A stretch of 59,120 bases of DNA, filler included, from Nemertoderma westbladi (taxonomy: Eukaryota; Animalia; Xenacoelomorpha): the NCBI GenBank assembly GCA_032718475.1. It is 2 parts of 2 records of this genome, joined end to end, with 100 filler letters (N's around TTAATTAATTAA, not from the genome) between each part and the next. Parts side by side here need not be neighbours in the genome. Positions count along the whole stretch, not along the records: positions 1 to 31,178 come from JAUCBJ010004305.1; 1 more part is not named here. The stretch is one strand, 5' to 3'. Below are positions 11,401 through 23,404 of the stretch, in pieces. A model generated the notes under the pieces. The model was not told the origin of the DNA and made no database searches. It saw only the letters and a program-made list of their open reading frames with translations. The translations under genes and the position numbers were made by a program. Positions within the stretch are counted from its first letter, which is position 1, and every line of letters begins with the position of its first letter.

Positions 11401-14253
11401 CTGTCATGGGTGTTATTTTTTTACCATTGCGCCTATGGCGTTTTTTTCGTTTATCTCTATTTTTCGAGCCCAGAGGCTATGGACGGAGTAGCCGATCATG
11501 CCAGGGACCTTAGAATCGCGGTATCTAGATGCTGTGAAAATTTCATCAAAATCGTTAGAGCAGTTTTGGCTGTAGATCAGCCAGTCAGTCAGCCAGTCAG
11601 CCAGTCAGTCAGCTAACAATTCTTACAGTAATCAAGTCTAACGACTTGCTAACTAGTGACGGGCCTAGCGGCCCGATAAGGAACCGACTTTATATTTTAA
11701 ATAAAAGAGACAACGAGAATTACTATAGAACTAATAATTATGTAAAAATACAATCATATTTCATACAATAATTATTAATAAATTCGATGTATTATTAGTT
11801 GCTCAATTCTAGAACAAAATCGGCCTGCAACTAGTGAAGACCTCGTTTTGGAATTTCGAAACCACGCTGGTGCGATGCGCGATATCGTGTTTAGATAATA
11901 AATTGAAAACTCCATCAATTCATGTGCAACCAGTAATAAGAAATCGCTATAAATGTAATTAAATAAAAATTATTCTAGAAAAATTTTCCTCAAAAAGTAT
12001 GAAGTCTTGGCATTGGTGACGCGAAACTAGGCTAGTGAGATTCAGGATATTGCGTTTAATATAAAAATCGAAAACGCTATCGAATTCCGTAAAGGCGTTT
12101 ATAAAATACTGCAAATTTTTTGAAATTTGTAAAATTCTAGAACTAGAAAAAATTAATTTTTGAACGGCGCTGTTTGGGGTTTCGAAATATGGATAGGCTG
12201 AAAGAGGACATCGAATTAAGTTGAAAAATGAAAACCCCATCGAATTTGGACAAAGCGTTCCGGAGTTATAGCGGATCGAAAAAATTTGACCCCCCCTCAG
12301 TCGCCAAAAATTTACAGTAATTTCAAATTTTGCAAAAAAAAATTTTTGCGTTATTTTTGATGGCGAATCGATTGGCAGTACATGCTACGAAAAATTTTTT
12401 TTTGAAATTATTGGTCAGAAAAAAAAACATGGAAAAGGTATCTTTTTAAAAAGATTTGATGTCTTTGCCTATGGTCAGAGAATGATCCAACTCTGTAACT
12501 TGGCAATCGCTCAAATCCATTCAGCTGAATGGCACAGTAGAGTAAACTAAAGTAAATTCCCTATACAATGTTCTGAAGGGGAGACTGACAGAGAGTAATC
12601 CAACAATAAAACATTTTGCAATAATGTTGGCATTAATGTAGCCAACACACTGTGTACTTAAGTCATTCAGCTTACATTAGCAGAGTGAGATATTCCCATA
12701 CAATGCATTGGGAAGAGTAATTCAGCTGAGGCGATAATAGATTTCAAACTAAACCAACCAGTTAATATTTGCTTTGACAGAGTGTCCTAGGGCCTAAACA
12801 AACAGTATGGGTGTACTAAGTACAATAATCTTGGCAACCTCATTGATTTATACTAAGCCTTGTGTAGAAATCCATTACATAAGCCATTTTTCATCATGAC
12901 ACCAGCTGTTATTGGTGTTATTTTACCATTGCGCCTATGGCGTTTTTTCGTTTATGTCTATTTTTCGAGCCCATGGCTCATGGACGAAATAGCGGAACAT
13001 ACCAGGGACCTTAGAATCGCGGTATCTAGCCGCTGTGAAAATTTCATCAAAATCGTTAGAGTAGTTTTGGCTGTAGATCAGTCAGTCAGCCAGCCAGCCA
13101 GCCAGCCAGCCAGTCTCGAGCAATTCTTACAGTAATGAACCTCTCGGTTCCTAACTAGAGACGGCGTCAAGACGCCGTTAAGCAAGTCGGAAGTCATCAA
13201 TCAAATATAAATTCCCTCAACAATGTTTACCTATGCTCAGAATGGAAGGGCTATTTACCTATGGTCAGAGAGAGATCCCACTCTGTAATTTGGCAATTGC
13301 TCAAATTCATTCAGTTGAATGGCACAGTAGAGTGAACTAAACTAAATTCCCTCAACAATGTTTGGCTATGGTCTGAAAGAACTAACAGTCATTCAGCTTG
13401 CACAATGTCAATCACCTACAGTATAAAACATTTAGAATGCCACAGTGTGTATCCTGATACAGATAATAAGCAGTGATATATATATTTCAAACTATAATGT
13501 TAGTGTTAGCCTTACACAGTATCAGTATGAGGCTGAGTAAACATTCCACCTTATAAGCATACTGCCTCCACAGAATTAATGTTGGCCGAAAGATTTAAAA
13601 ATAAAACAATTATTATTATAAATACAGTGCAATCCAATAGTACCCAACACACTGTGTAACTAACAGTCAATCAGCTTACACGTCAATTAACATAGAAGAG
13701 AGAGTAACCTTGTAGATCGCCATAGAAAGCATTGGGAAGAGTTATTCAGCTGAGGCTGTAATAGCCGGCTAACCCAGTGAATGATTATAAAGTTGGCACT
13801 GTATGTACTTCCTTGTTAGGTGGCTCCCTATAGAATAGCAAACCAACCAGTTGATGTTTGTTTGCAGAGAGTGGTTGGTAGGGCCTAAACAAACAGTATG
13901 GGTGTACTAAGTACAATAATCTTGGCAACCTCATCGATTTATTACTAAGCCTTGTGTAGAAATGCATTAGATAAGCCATTTTTCATCAGGACACCAGCTG
14001 TCATTGGTGTTATTTTACCATTGCGCCTATGGCGTTTTTTTCGTTTATCTCTTTTTTTCGAACACAGAGGCTATGGACGGAGTAGCCGATCATGCCAGGG
14101 ACCTTAGAATCGCGGTATCTAGATGCTGTGAAAATTTCATCAAAATCGTTAGAGTAGTTTTGGCTGTAGGTCAGTCAGTCAGTCAGTCAGTCAGTCAGTC
14201 AATCAGTCAGCCACGAGCAATTCTTACAGTAATCAAGTCTAACGACTTGCTAA
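8440..14253 (-). mobile_element. Head-to-tail array of non-autonomous Helentron-like (HINE/DINE-1-like) elements: 13155-14253 (A), 11653-13154 (B), 10559-11652 (A), 9460-10558 (A), and a partial B ending at 9459
   Basis: On the minus strand each unit starts TT + subterminal IR + short palindrome and has a (CTGA/CTGG)n microsatellite and a shared core. Each complete unit ends with the complementary subTIR, a GC hairpin (ACGGCGTC-TT-GACGCCGT or CGGGCC-GCTA-GGCCCG) and CTAG. Units 9460-10558 and 13155-14253 look identical (offset 3695). Confidence 0.8.
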
Positions 14254-17200
14254 TTAAGTGAGTGTTATATTCAGTGAGTGTTGTATTCAGTGAGCGTTCT
14301 ATTCAGTGAGCGTTCTATTCAGAGAGCGTTTTAGTGAGTAAGTGTTCTATTAAGTAAGTGTTCTATTAAGTAAGTGTTCTAGTCAGTGAGTGTTCTATTC
14401 AGTGAGTGTCATATTCAGTAGCGTTCTATTCAGTGAGTGTTCTAGTCAGTGAGTGTTCTATTCAGTGAGTGTTATATTCAGTGAGTAATCTATTCAGTGA
14501 GCGTTCTATTCAGTGAGCGTTCTATTAAGCGAGGGTTCTAGTTAGTGAGTGTTCTATTAAGTGAGTTTTCTAGACAGTGAGTTTACTAGACAGTGAGTGT
14601 TCTATTAAGTGAGTGTTCTATTCAGTGAGTGTTATATTCAAAGATCGTTCTATTCTATGATAATTATATTCATTCAATGAGTGTTATATTCAGTGAGCGT
14701 TCTAGTCAGTGAGTGTGCTATTAAGTGAGTGTTATATTCTATTCAGTGAGCGTTCTATTCAGTTCGTGTTCTATTCAATGACCGTTCTATTCTATGAGTG
14801 TTCTATTCAATGAGTGTTATATTCAGTAAGCGTTCAATTAAGTGAGCTTTTTAGTGAGCGTTTTATTCAGTGAGTGTTCTATTCAGTGACTGTTCTTGTC
14901 AGTGATTGTTCTATTAAGTGCGTTTTCTATTCAGTGAGTGTTCGATTAATTGGGCGTTCTATTCAGTGAGCGTTCTATTCAGTGAGCGTTCTATTCAGTG
15001 AGTGTTCTATTCAGTGAGCGTTCTATTCAATGAGCGTTATATTCAGTGAGCGTTCTATTCAGTGAGCGTTCTATTCATTGAGCGATCTATTCAGTGAGTG
15101 TTCTATTCAGTGAGCGTTCTATTCAGTGAGCGTTCTATTCAGTGGGCGTTCTATTCAGTGAGCGTTCTATTCAGTGAGTGTTCTATTCAGAGAGTGTTCG
15201 ATTAAGTGGGCGTTCTATTCAGTGAGCGTTCTATTAAGTGAACGTTCTTTTCAGTGAGTGTTCTATTCAGTGAGCGTTCTATGCAGTGAGTGTTCTATTC
15301 AGTGAGCGTTCTATTCAATGAGCATTCCATTCAGTGGGCGTTCTATTCAGTGAGCGTTCTATTCAGTGAGCGTTCTATTCAGTGAGCGATCTATTCAGTG
15401 AGTGTTCTATTTAGTGAGCGTTCTATTCAGTGAGCGTTCTATTTAGTGAGCGTTCTATTCAGAGAGTGTTCTATTAAGTGAGTGTTATATTCAGTGAGTG
15501 TTGTATTCAGTGAGCGTTCTATTCAGTGAGCGTTCTATTCAGAGAGCGTTCTAGTCAGTGAGTGTTCTATTAAGTGAGTGTTCTATTAAGTGAGTGTTCT
15601 AGTCAGTGAGTGTTCTATTCAGTGAGTGTTATATTCAGTGAGTATTCTATTCAGTGAGCGTTCTATTCAGTGAGCGATCTATTAAGAGAGGGTTCTAGTT
15701 AGTGAGTGTTCTATTAAGTGAACTTTCTAAACAGTGAGTGTTCTATTAACTGAGTGTTCCAGTCAGTGAGCGTTCTATTCAGTGAGCGTTATATTCAGTG
15801 AGTGCTCGATTAAGTGGGCGTTCTATTCAGTTAGCGTTCTATTCAGTGAGCGTTCTATTCAGTGAGCGTTCTATTCATTGAGCGTTCTATGCAGTGAGTG
15901 TTCTATTCAGTGAGCGTTCTATTCAGTGAGCGTTCTATGCAGTGAGTGTTCTATTCAGAGAGCGTTCTATTTAGTGAGCGTTCTATTCAGTGAGTGTTCT
16001 ATTCAGTGAGTGTTATATTCAGTAAGCTTTCTATTCAGTGAGCGCTCTATTCAGAGAGCGTTCTAGACAGAGAGTGTTCTATTAAGTGAGTGTTATAGTC
16101 AGTGAGTGTTCTATTAAGTGAGTGTTATATGCAGTGAGTATTCTATTCAGTGAGCGTTATATTCAGTGAGTGTTTTATTCAGTGAGCGTTCTATTCAGTG
16201 AACGTTCTATTCAGTGAGCGTACTATTCAGAGAGTGTTCTATTCAGTGAGAGTTATATTCAGTGAGCGTTCTATTCTATGAGTGTTCTATTCAGTGAGTG
16301 TTCTATTCAGGAGTGTTCTATTTAGTGAGTGTTCTATTAAGTGAGTGTTATATTCAGGAGTGTTCTATTAAGTGAGTGTTCTAGTCAGAGAGTGTTCTAT
16401 TCAGTGAGTGTTCTATTAAGTGAGTGTTATATTCAGGAGTGTTCTATTTAACGAGCGTTCTATTCAGTGAGTGTTCTATTCAGAGAGCGTTCTATTCAGT
16501 GCGATTCTCAGCACTAATGCCGTCTGTCTACCCGTGGAAGAACCTATGACCGATTATCAGCACTATGCCCGTCTGTCTACCCGTGGAACCTCTAACATTT
16601 CATATCATTTGTCAGCTTGATGTTTTTTTTTGATGATTCATAATTTTCAAAGAATGGTATTATTTTTGGCGGAAATAATTTTTTCGATTTTTTTTTGTTT
16701 CTATATTTGTCCGGATACGCGGTCTATCGTCTATCTGAGTTACAAATTTTATAAAATTCCATTAAGCGGTTCATCCATAAAGTGTACCTCTGTGCGACTT
16801 ACGTTTATTAAGGAAATGAGCCCGAGGTACAATGTACCCTTAAGTTAGTACATTGTCATGGAAATAAAATGATTGACGTATAATTACTGTTATAATAAAT
16901 GATATACTTTATTGAAAATTAAAATACGCACGCATAACAATTAACAGTAGCAGCAGTAACCATCGTTACTAATTTATACTGCACAATATGTAAGTAATAA
17001 TAGTAGCAACGATAAATTTATCTATATCTCTACGAAATAATAAAACTATATTTTTACATCGTGATTGTAAAGTGAGACTGTAAACTACTTTGCAACAAGT
17101 ACAACACAACAAACAAGTACCATTTTAATTTAAATTGTATTTTAATTTTGAAACAAAACTTCAATAATTACAACCCAATTATTTGGGGATTAATTGTAAT

Positions 17201-20200
17201 AATGGAACTAAAACAACTACCTGGAAAAAAAAAAATAAAGACTGAAATAAGCCGTGGGTCTGTTTCTGCCGTCTTAAAGCAAAATCGTGACCATAGAGCC
17301 AGTTTTTTTTTAAAAAAAATTTTTTACCAAAAATACTCAAGATGGCGTTCTACATCTAATGTTAAAATCCTAGACTTGTATGTCAGTCCGTTTAGGAGAT
17401 ATGGAAAACCAGAACAACCCTCACAACATAAAAGTTGAAAACCGTTAGAGGTAAAACAACACACACAGACTAGAGTTAATGTTAAATTTCAGTATGTGTT
17501 GTTTTGCCTCTTTGGATAATAACGAAAAAAACAGTATTTTTCATTAACAAAATTCATTTTGAATGCTAGCCAGTATTATAAAATGTATCATTGTATCTTC
17601 CCCGACCTCTGTCGGAAAAATTAGGAGACGGGATCCATATAGAGGGAAATGAGAAGGGTTTTTGAATTTTTCTCAAAATCACATTTTTTGGTGAGTGTTG
17701 TTCTGGCTCTTTGGTCACGAAATACCCTATCTCCAAAAATCGTGTTTTGAGTAATTAAACGAAACGCGTTTTCTTCTACAAGTTTGTTATACTGCTGCCT
17801 GGATACCAGAATTTGAACTGCAAGTCACCCAAATATACTAACTTAGAATTTCAAATGCGAGATACACAACTTTTGTAATTTGGGAGCTTAAAAAATGCTT
17901 AAAAGATTTTATAGGGTGTTTTGCCTCGAAAATGTTGGCGACAAATGAAACTGAACGTTTATATAGGGTGTTTTGTCTATCAAGAGTTGGTATCAAATAG
18001 TTTAATATCTTCAAATAATAATACTGCAGGGTGGAAATTATACTTGGAATTTTGTAGTTAAGGGTTGGGTTTTGGTAAATAATGTAAACTATAATTCAAA
18101 AACATGAGATAAACAGCTGATAATTTCTGTATAATTGGTTGCCTGGTAACGTCATCATGGTTACCATTCCATGAATATAAAGTACTCAAACTAAACTATA
18201 TGGGCAATCGATTATAGTTACAAATTTGTCCGTAAAATTCTTAGAAATATTCTAGCTAGCTACTGTATAACCATGTGACCAGTTTACCAAAACCTAGTCC
18301 GCCAAAATCAAACTCAGTCTACTTTGCCTTCTAGTGCAGTCCTTCATTATTTACGTTCAGTTCACCATCACACTTTAACTAACTAATTACAAAAACAAAT
18401 TATATTTCTTGGAATTATTTGCCAAAGAATTTCAAAAATGTTGATATAGGGCATTCTGCCTTAAGACGGCAGTGTTAGGCAAGATACTATTAATGGCTGA
18501 TGTTGAAACTGATTGTCATATCTAGCTGTCTAGCTCCTTTAGCACTCAGTGTATTGATCAGTTCAGATAGATTTCAATTAAAATAAAACTGGAACAAAAT
18601 TTCAGAGCAAAAATAAATTTAGATTAATAAGATTAGATTTAACATCAGGAACGTATAAACGTTTCAGTTTAAAAGTTCGTATTAAATGTTAAAAATATAA
18701 AAAATAAGTAAACTAAAAATGTGAAAAAGAACCAGGAAAATAAATTATTTAAATTAATGAAAAGTGAGTGAGTGGTTTAAACCGATGGCGTCAGACTGAA
18801 CAAGGAAATAAAGCTAGATAAAATGAAATAAAATAAATATAATATAAATCTAATAACGTATAAAGGAGCTCTACTTTTATACTAATTCTATAATCTGCAC
18901 CGACAGGCGTATCAAATACAACATTTATTGCTGGTCATATAAAATAACTCTCATTAAAGTTTCCTATTACAATCTATGTTATTTACTATTGTAAAATGTT
19001 AAATGAAACTAAAATATCAATCCATGATGTGCCACTGGGATTTCAGACAAAGATTCAATGATTAGGGTGTATAGTGCTGCAATAATAATACTATCTGCAT
19101 GCAATGCAGGATTTTAGAAATATAAAACTTTACAGATTGCATAGCTAACGCATACCGTTGTAACAGATACCGTTGTAACAGATACCGTTGTAACAGATAC
19201 CGTTGTAACAGATACCGTTGTAACAGATACCGTTGTAACAGATACCGTTGTAACAGATACCGTTGTAACAGATTGCCAGTCTAAGATATAAACCAATTTA
19301 CCAACTACTTCTAATAATACAAGCGGGGTGACATATCTCGGGCGTCGTACACACGGAGACAATGTTTGATTGACAGTTATGACCTAATACTGTATAATTA
19401 TTAATTAGTTGTTCAAAATATACAATAAAGGTAAATAATGAATTGTATTTGAACTGATATCCTATCGGTATTAGGAGAGGAGGTAAACCAAACTAATTAA
19501 TACAACATTGTTCCCAAGACGTACAATTCGCCGAGTCACCATAAAGTACTTAATGTCATTAAACCGAATGTTCTGTGTGATTAGCCCAACAATATAATAA
19601 AAAGTTAATAATAAAATAAATGAGTAAAGTGGATTACTATTTATTAGTACCGGTGACGGTGACTAATATAAATATAAAGATAATCAACAAGAAGAAACAC
19701 ACTGACTACAATAACGCAGAACCTCTACAAACCGAGTCTGAACATTCATTAGTTATCATCAGACTATGATACGGTACTATTTGTACCGGTATTACTGGTA
19801 TTGAGACACACCAATACTGTCTGTGGCTCCACAACATCTACTCACCTAGTTTACTTTAATTTTCATCCCAACCCGGTACAACGTCTCGGCGGCTTTAATC
19901 ATTAAAAGTGTCGAGCAACAACGTTAGAATATAGTGACTGCACTTAAATATAAATGGGATAGTTACTGTTACACAAGATAAAAATACGCAACTAGTAGGT
20001 ATTGAGTGTTGCTACTACTAGAATAATAACAGTAACCTACGTTTACTCTTTCTTAATGAGAAACGCCTCTTAAGTAAATCTAAATGTGCAATAAATTATG
20101 GGAGGCAGTAAAATATGACCAAGATTAACCTAAAGCTAAAACCTAATCTATTACATTGGATTATAAGATTACTATAAATAGAAATTAGTAAAAACTTAAA

Positions 20201-21741
20201 TTATATTGCACTAAATTTAAAACCGTCAAACATTAACTAAGTTACTAAGAAACACACATGTTTACCATCTCCTTCAAAATAAAATTATCCGTCATTATAA
20301 ATAAATATGGACTATAAATATGTAGAAGCGGTTGTCTAAAACAATCTACTAACAGTCTGACTAAGTAGATAAGCAAATAAGTAGATACTAGAATATATAG
20401 ATAATAAATTGATGGAAATACAGTTCAAAATATTTCCTTGACATTCATAAAATGTATCACTTTTATAAGGAAACGCCAAATCGGAGCAGCAGAGAAGATT
20501 TAATTATTTTAACTATCCCAAACTACCAATCCCAACTCCCTCACACCCAATCCCAACCCCCTCACACCCAATCCCAACCCCCTCACAACCAATCCCAACC
20601 CCCTTACACCCAATCCCAACTCCCTCACACCCAATCCCAACTCCCTCACACCCAATCCCAACCCCCTCACACCCAATCCCTACCCCCTCACACCCAATCC
20701 CTACCCCCTCACACCCAATCCCTACCCCCTCACAGCCAATCCCAACCCCCCCACACCCAATCCCCACCCCCTCACACCCAATCCCTACCCTCTCACACCC
20801 AATCCCCACCCCCTCACACCCAATCCCAACTCCCTCACACCCAATCCCAACCCCCTCACACCCAATCCCTACCCCCTCACACCCAATCTCAACTCCCTCA
20901 CACCCAATCCCCACCCCCTCACACCCAATCCCAACCCCCTCACACCCAATCCCAACTCCCTCACACCCAATCCCTACCCCCTCACACCCAATCCCACCAA
21001 CCCCCTCACACCCAATCCCAACCCCCTCACACCCAATCTCAACTCCCTCACACCCAATCCCTACCCCCTCACACCCAATCCCAACCCCCTCACAATCTCA
21101 ACTCACTCGCTCCTATTAGCAAACAAATTGAATTAAAACGAACTCCAATAATTCAGGACTTTGAGGAGCCGAAACGACCGCGTTTCAGCTGTAGTTTCCC
21201 GAGCAATGACTGAACGCTGGAACGCACATCGAAGTTCCACACGGAGCCGTAGCGTTCCTGCCGTTCCACGCGTTTTCGTGCCTGTTCGCTCTTCACGTGG
21301 GCCTCCATACAGCGCTGGTAGCGCAGCTTGCACGCGTTCTCAACGGCCCGCGCTAGCTCGCCCGCATCCGGCTCGCAGTGGTACACGTGGCACACGAACT
21401 CGTGCCGATCGTTGGCCGCAATGAACGCGAACTTGCGGGGATCGCGACCCACGCCGAGAAAGGAGACGTAGCGAACCCGAGTCTCGGAGCGAAGCGAGCC
21501 ATCCCGTCGGTCCAACGAGCGCAGCGTCGAGGGGCAGACCTCGATCCGGACGGGGATCCGGGCCGAGGTCACCAACGCGGCGACCGCGCGGTGCACCGTC
21601 TCCATCCCCGTCGCGCGGTCCACCGCCACCGACCCAACCAACTCGGCGTTGTAGACACGACTCGCTTCGCTCGGCTCCGGCAGCTCCGCTTCACGCAACG
21701 GCAACGCGTTCGGCGGCATGGAGACGGGCCGTTGTCTAGCG
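14250..21741 (-). repeat. Right arm of the inverted duplication (includes mirror satellites at 14254-16501, 19152-19273 and 20526-21104)
   Basis: Reverse complement of 1-7492. Confidence 0.97.
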
Positions 21742-22793
21742 ACGCGACCGCACAGGGCGCCCAACGCCGCCGCTACTTCCGCTGCGGGAGTCTCGCAGCA
21801 GCGCAGCACATGGCAGCGGTAGCGGCGCGAGTGGCGCGCGACGAAGGCGAAGTCCCGCGGGTTGGATCGGCCGACGCCCCAGACCCGGATAGCAGCCACC
21901 GATGCGGTGACAACATCCACACCGCGGTCCCTGTCCATTAACGACAGTTTCTCGTCCGAGAACACCATATAGAGGCGGCGGTTGTGGCGCCCCCCACTGG
22001 GGCTACAGTCCCCCGCGCCGCCGCTCAGCTGGGCGATGCAGTTATTGACGGCGACCCTGGATCTGTTGGCCACCAACTCTTCGGCGCGGACCTCCACGCT
22101 GCCGACGTAGGTGACGGCGTAGGTGTTGGCGTCGTCGGTGGTACAACTGAGTAGGTTCCCATCGGAGGTGGAAGAGGAAACCTGGGGGCCGAAAGGGGAG
22201 AGTGGGGGTGAAGGATCAGGGAGGGAGGGATCGGGGAGGGAGGGATCCCCATCCCTCTCAGCCTCACCCTGCAGAGACGACCTTCTACTGAACTCGAACG
22301 GAACTATGGACTCCGCGGTGTTCCCCATCGGACGGATCCACTGGGTGGTCCCGGACTTTACGTGCCAGTAGTATGTTCCCATGTCGTCGTGGACCTCCCT
22401 CCAGCCCAAGGGTAGACCGCTACCCGGTGTCCCCCCTGGGGAGTCACTGAACTCAACCTTACGAACCGATGGCCCGCTATCTAGTCGCAGAGTGGCCGGC
22501 CGGTTAGGTTTGCTCACACGATTCGGTTTAACCCGCATGGTAACTGAATCCTTTGGTTTGGTAACATCCGGCATCCCGTCCAGGGAATCCATTGACATCG
22601 TCTTCTCCTCGGCTCTCAACCCCTTACCTAGAGCGTCTAATGAAACTTCCTCTGGAATACAAGGCGATTCTGCTGAACAATCTTGTAATTCTTTGAGTCT
22701 GACACTCGATGTGCTTGTGTATTGGTCCGAGTCTATGTCAACGCAATAACCACTGTCCTTGGAGTACACAGAACTGGTACTTTCCGAAGTCAT
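21153..22793 (-). CDS. APBB: FE65/APBB-family amyloid precursor protein-binding adaptor (WW-PTB-PTB), single coding exon, 546 aa
   Basis: WW domain LPLGWREVHDDMGTYYWHVKSGTTQWIRP. PTB1: YAVTYVGSVEV..SRVAVNNCIAQLS..IRVWGVGRSNPRDFAFVARH..YRCHVLRC. PTB2: LVGSVAVDRATGMETVHRAV..ETRVRYVSFLGVGRDPRKFAFI..FVCHVYHCEP..ACKLRYQRCM. This domain order is characteristic of FE65. Confidence 0.92.
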   Translation of the reverse strand: MTSESTSSVYSKDSGYCVDIDSDQYTSTSSVRLKELQDCSAESPCIPEEVSLDALGKGLRAEEKTMSMDSLDGMPDVTKPKDSVTMRVKPNRVSKPNRPATLRLDSGPSVRKVEFSDSPGGTPGSGLPLGWREVHDDMGTYYWHVKSGTTQWIRPMGNTAESIVPFEFSRRSSLQGEAERDGDPSLPDPSLPDPSPPLSPFGPQVSSSTSDGNLLSCTTDDANTYAVTYVGSVEVRAEELVANRSRVAVNNCIAQLSGGAGDCSPSGGRHNRRLYMVFSDEKLSLMDRDRGVDVVTASVAAIRVWGVGRSNPRDFAFVARHSRRYRCHVLRCCETPAAEVAAALGALCGRVARQRPVSMPPNALPLREAELPEPSEASRVYNAELVGSVAVDRATGMETVHRAVAALVTSARIPVRIEVCPSTLRSLDRRDGSLRSETRVRYVSFLGVGRDPRKFAFIAANDRHEFVCHVYHCEPDAGELARAVENACKLRYQRCMEAHVKSEQARKRVERQERYGSVWNFDVRSSVQSLLGKLQLKRGRFGSSKS

Positions 22794-23404
22794 GCTTTGG
22801 TTAGGTAACTAAGAAACTGTCGGCGCTTTTACCTGAAGCATATTAAATTCAGATGTCCAACCAAACCAGACTGCCAGATGTCTAGATGCTAGAAGCCTGG
22901 AAGCAGTAAAGGTACAACACGCTGCTATGCTATGCTATGCTGGGTTGGTTGACGCCACAAGTACTGAAGTGCAACAAACTGCTGAACTGTGCACATTGAC
23001 TGATTGAAACATACCGGTAAGAGTGAAGGTGAACAAAATAGGCCTAACTGGACATACATCAACAAGACACCAAGACATAAATTATTGCAGATTGATGACA
23101 AGCAATTGCAATAATGTTGTAATGTCAGAATGTACCGGTAGTACAGTAATTGTAGTAGCCTAGTCGAATTCAAAAAGGCAGTGATTTTTTATGTCAATTT
23201 ATTTGACTTTTTTGTCACTTTTTTTTCAATAGTATCTACATCCAGACATCATTGTCCAGAATAGGGTGTTTCCCTTCACTTCTATGGGGCTTTCTATTAT
23301 TCCTACCTGTCCCATGTCCTGTCCCATTGTCTAATGATTTCCAACCTGTCCAATATAGGGGCATCCAATCAAATCATCATATGAGCCAACTCCTCTTCAT
23401 CGGA

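Noticed and set aside
9180-14261. Repeated ORFs containing AMDGVADHARDLRIAVSRCCENFIKIV
   Set aside because: They are translations of the non-coding HINE core; starts and frames vary between copies and run into microsatellite.
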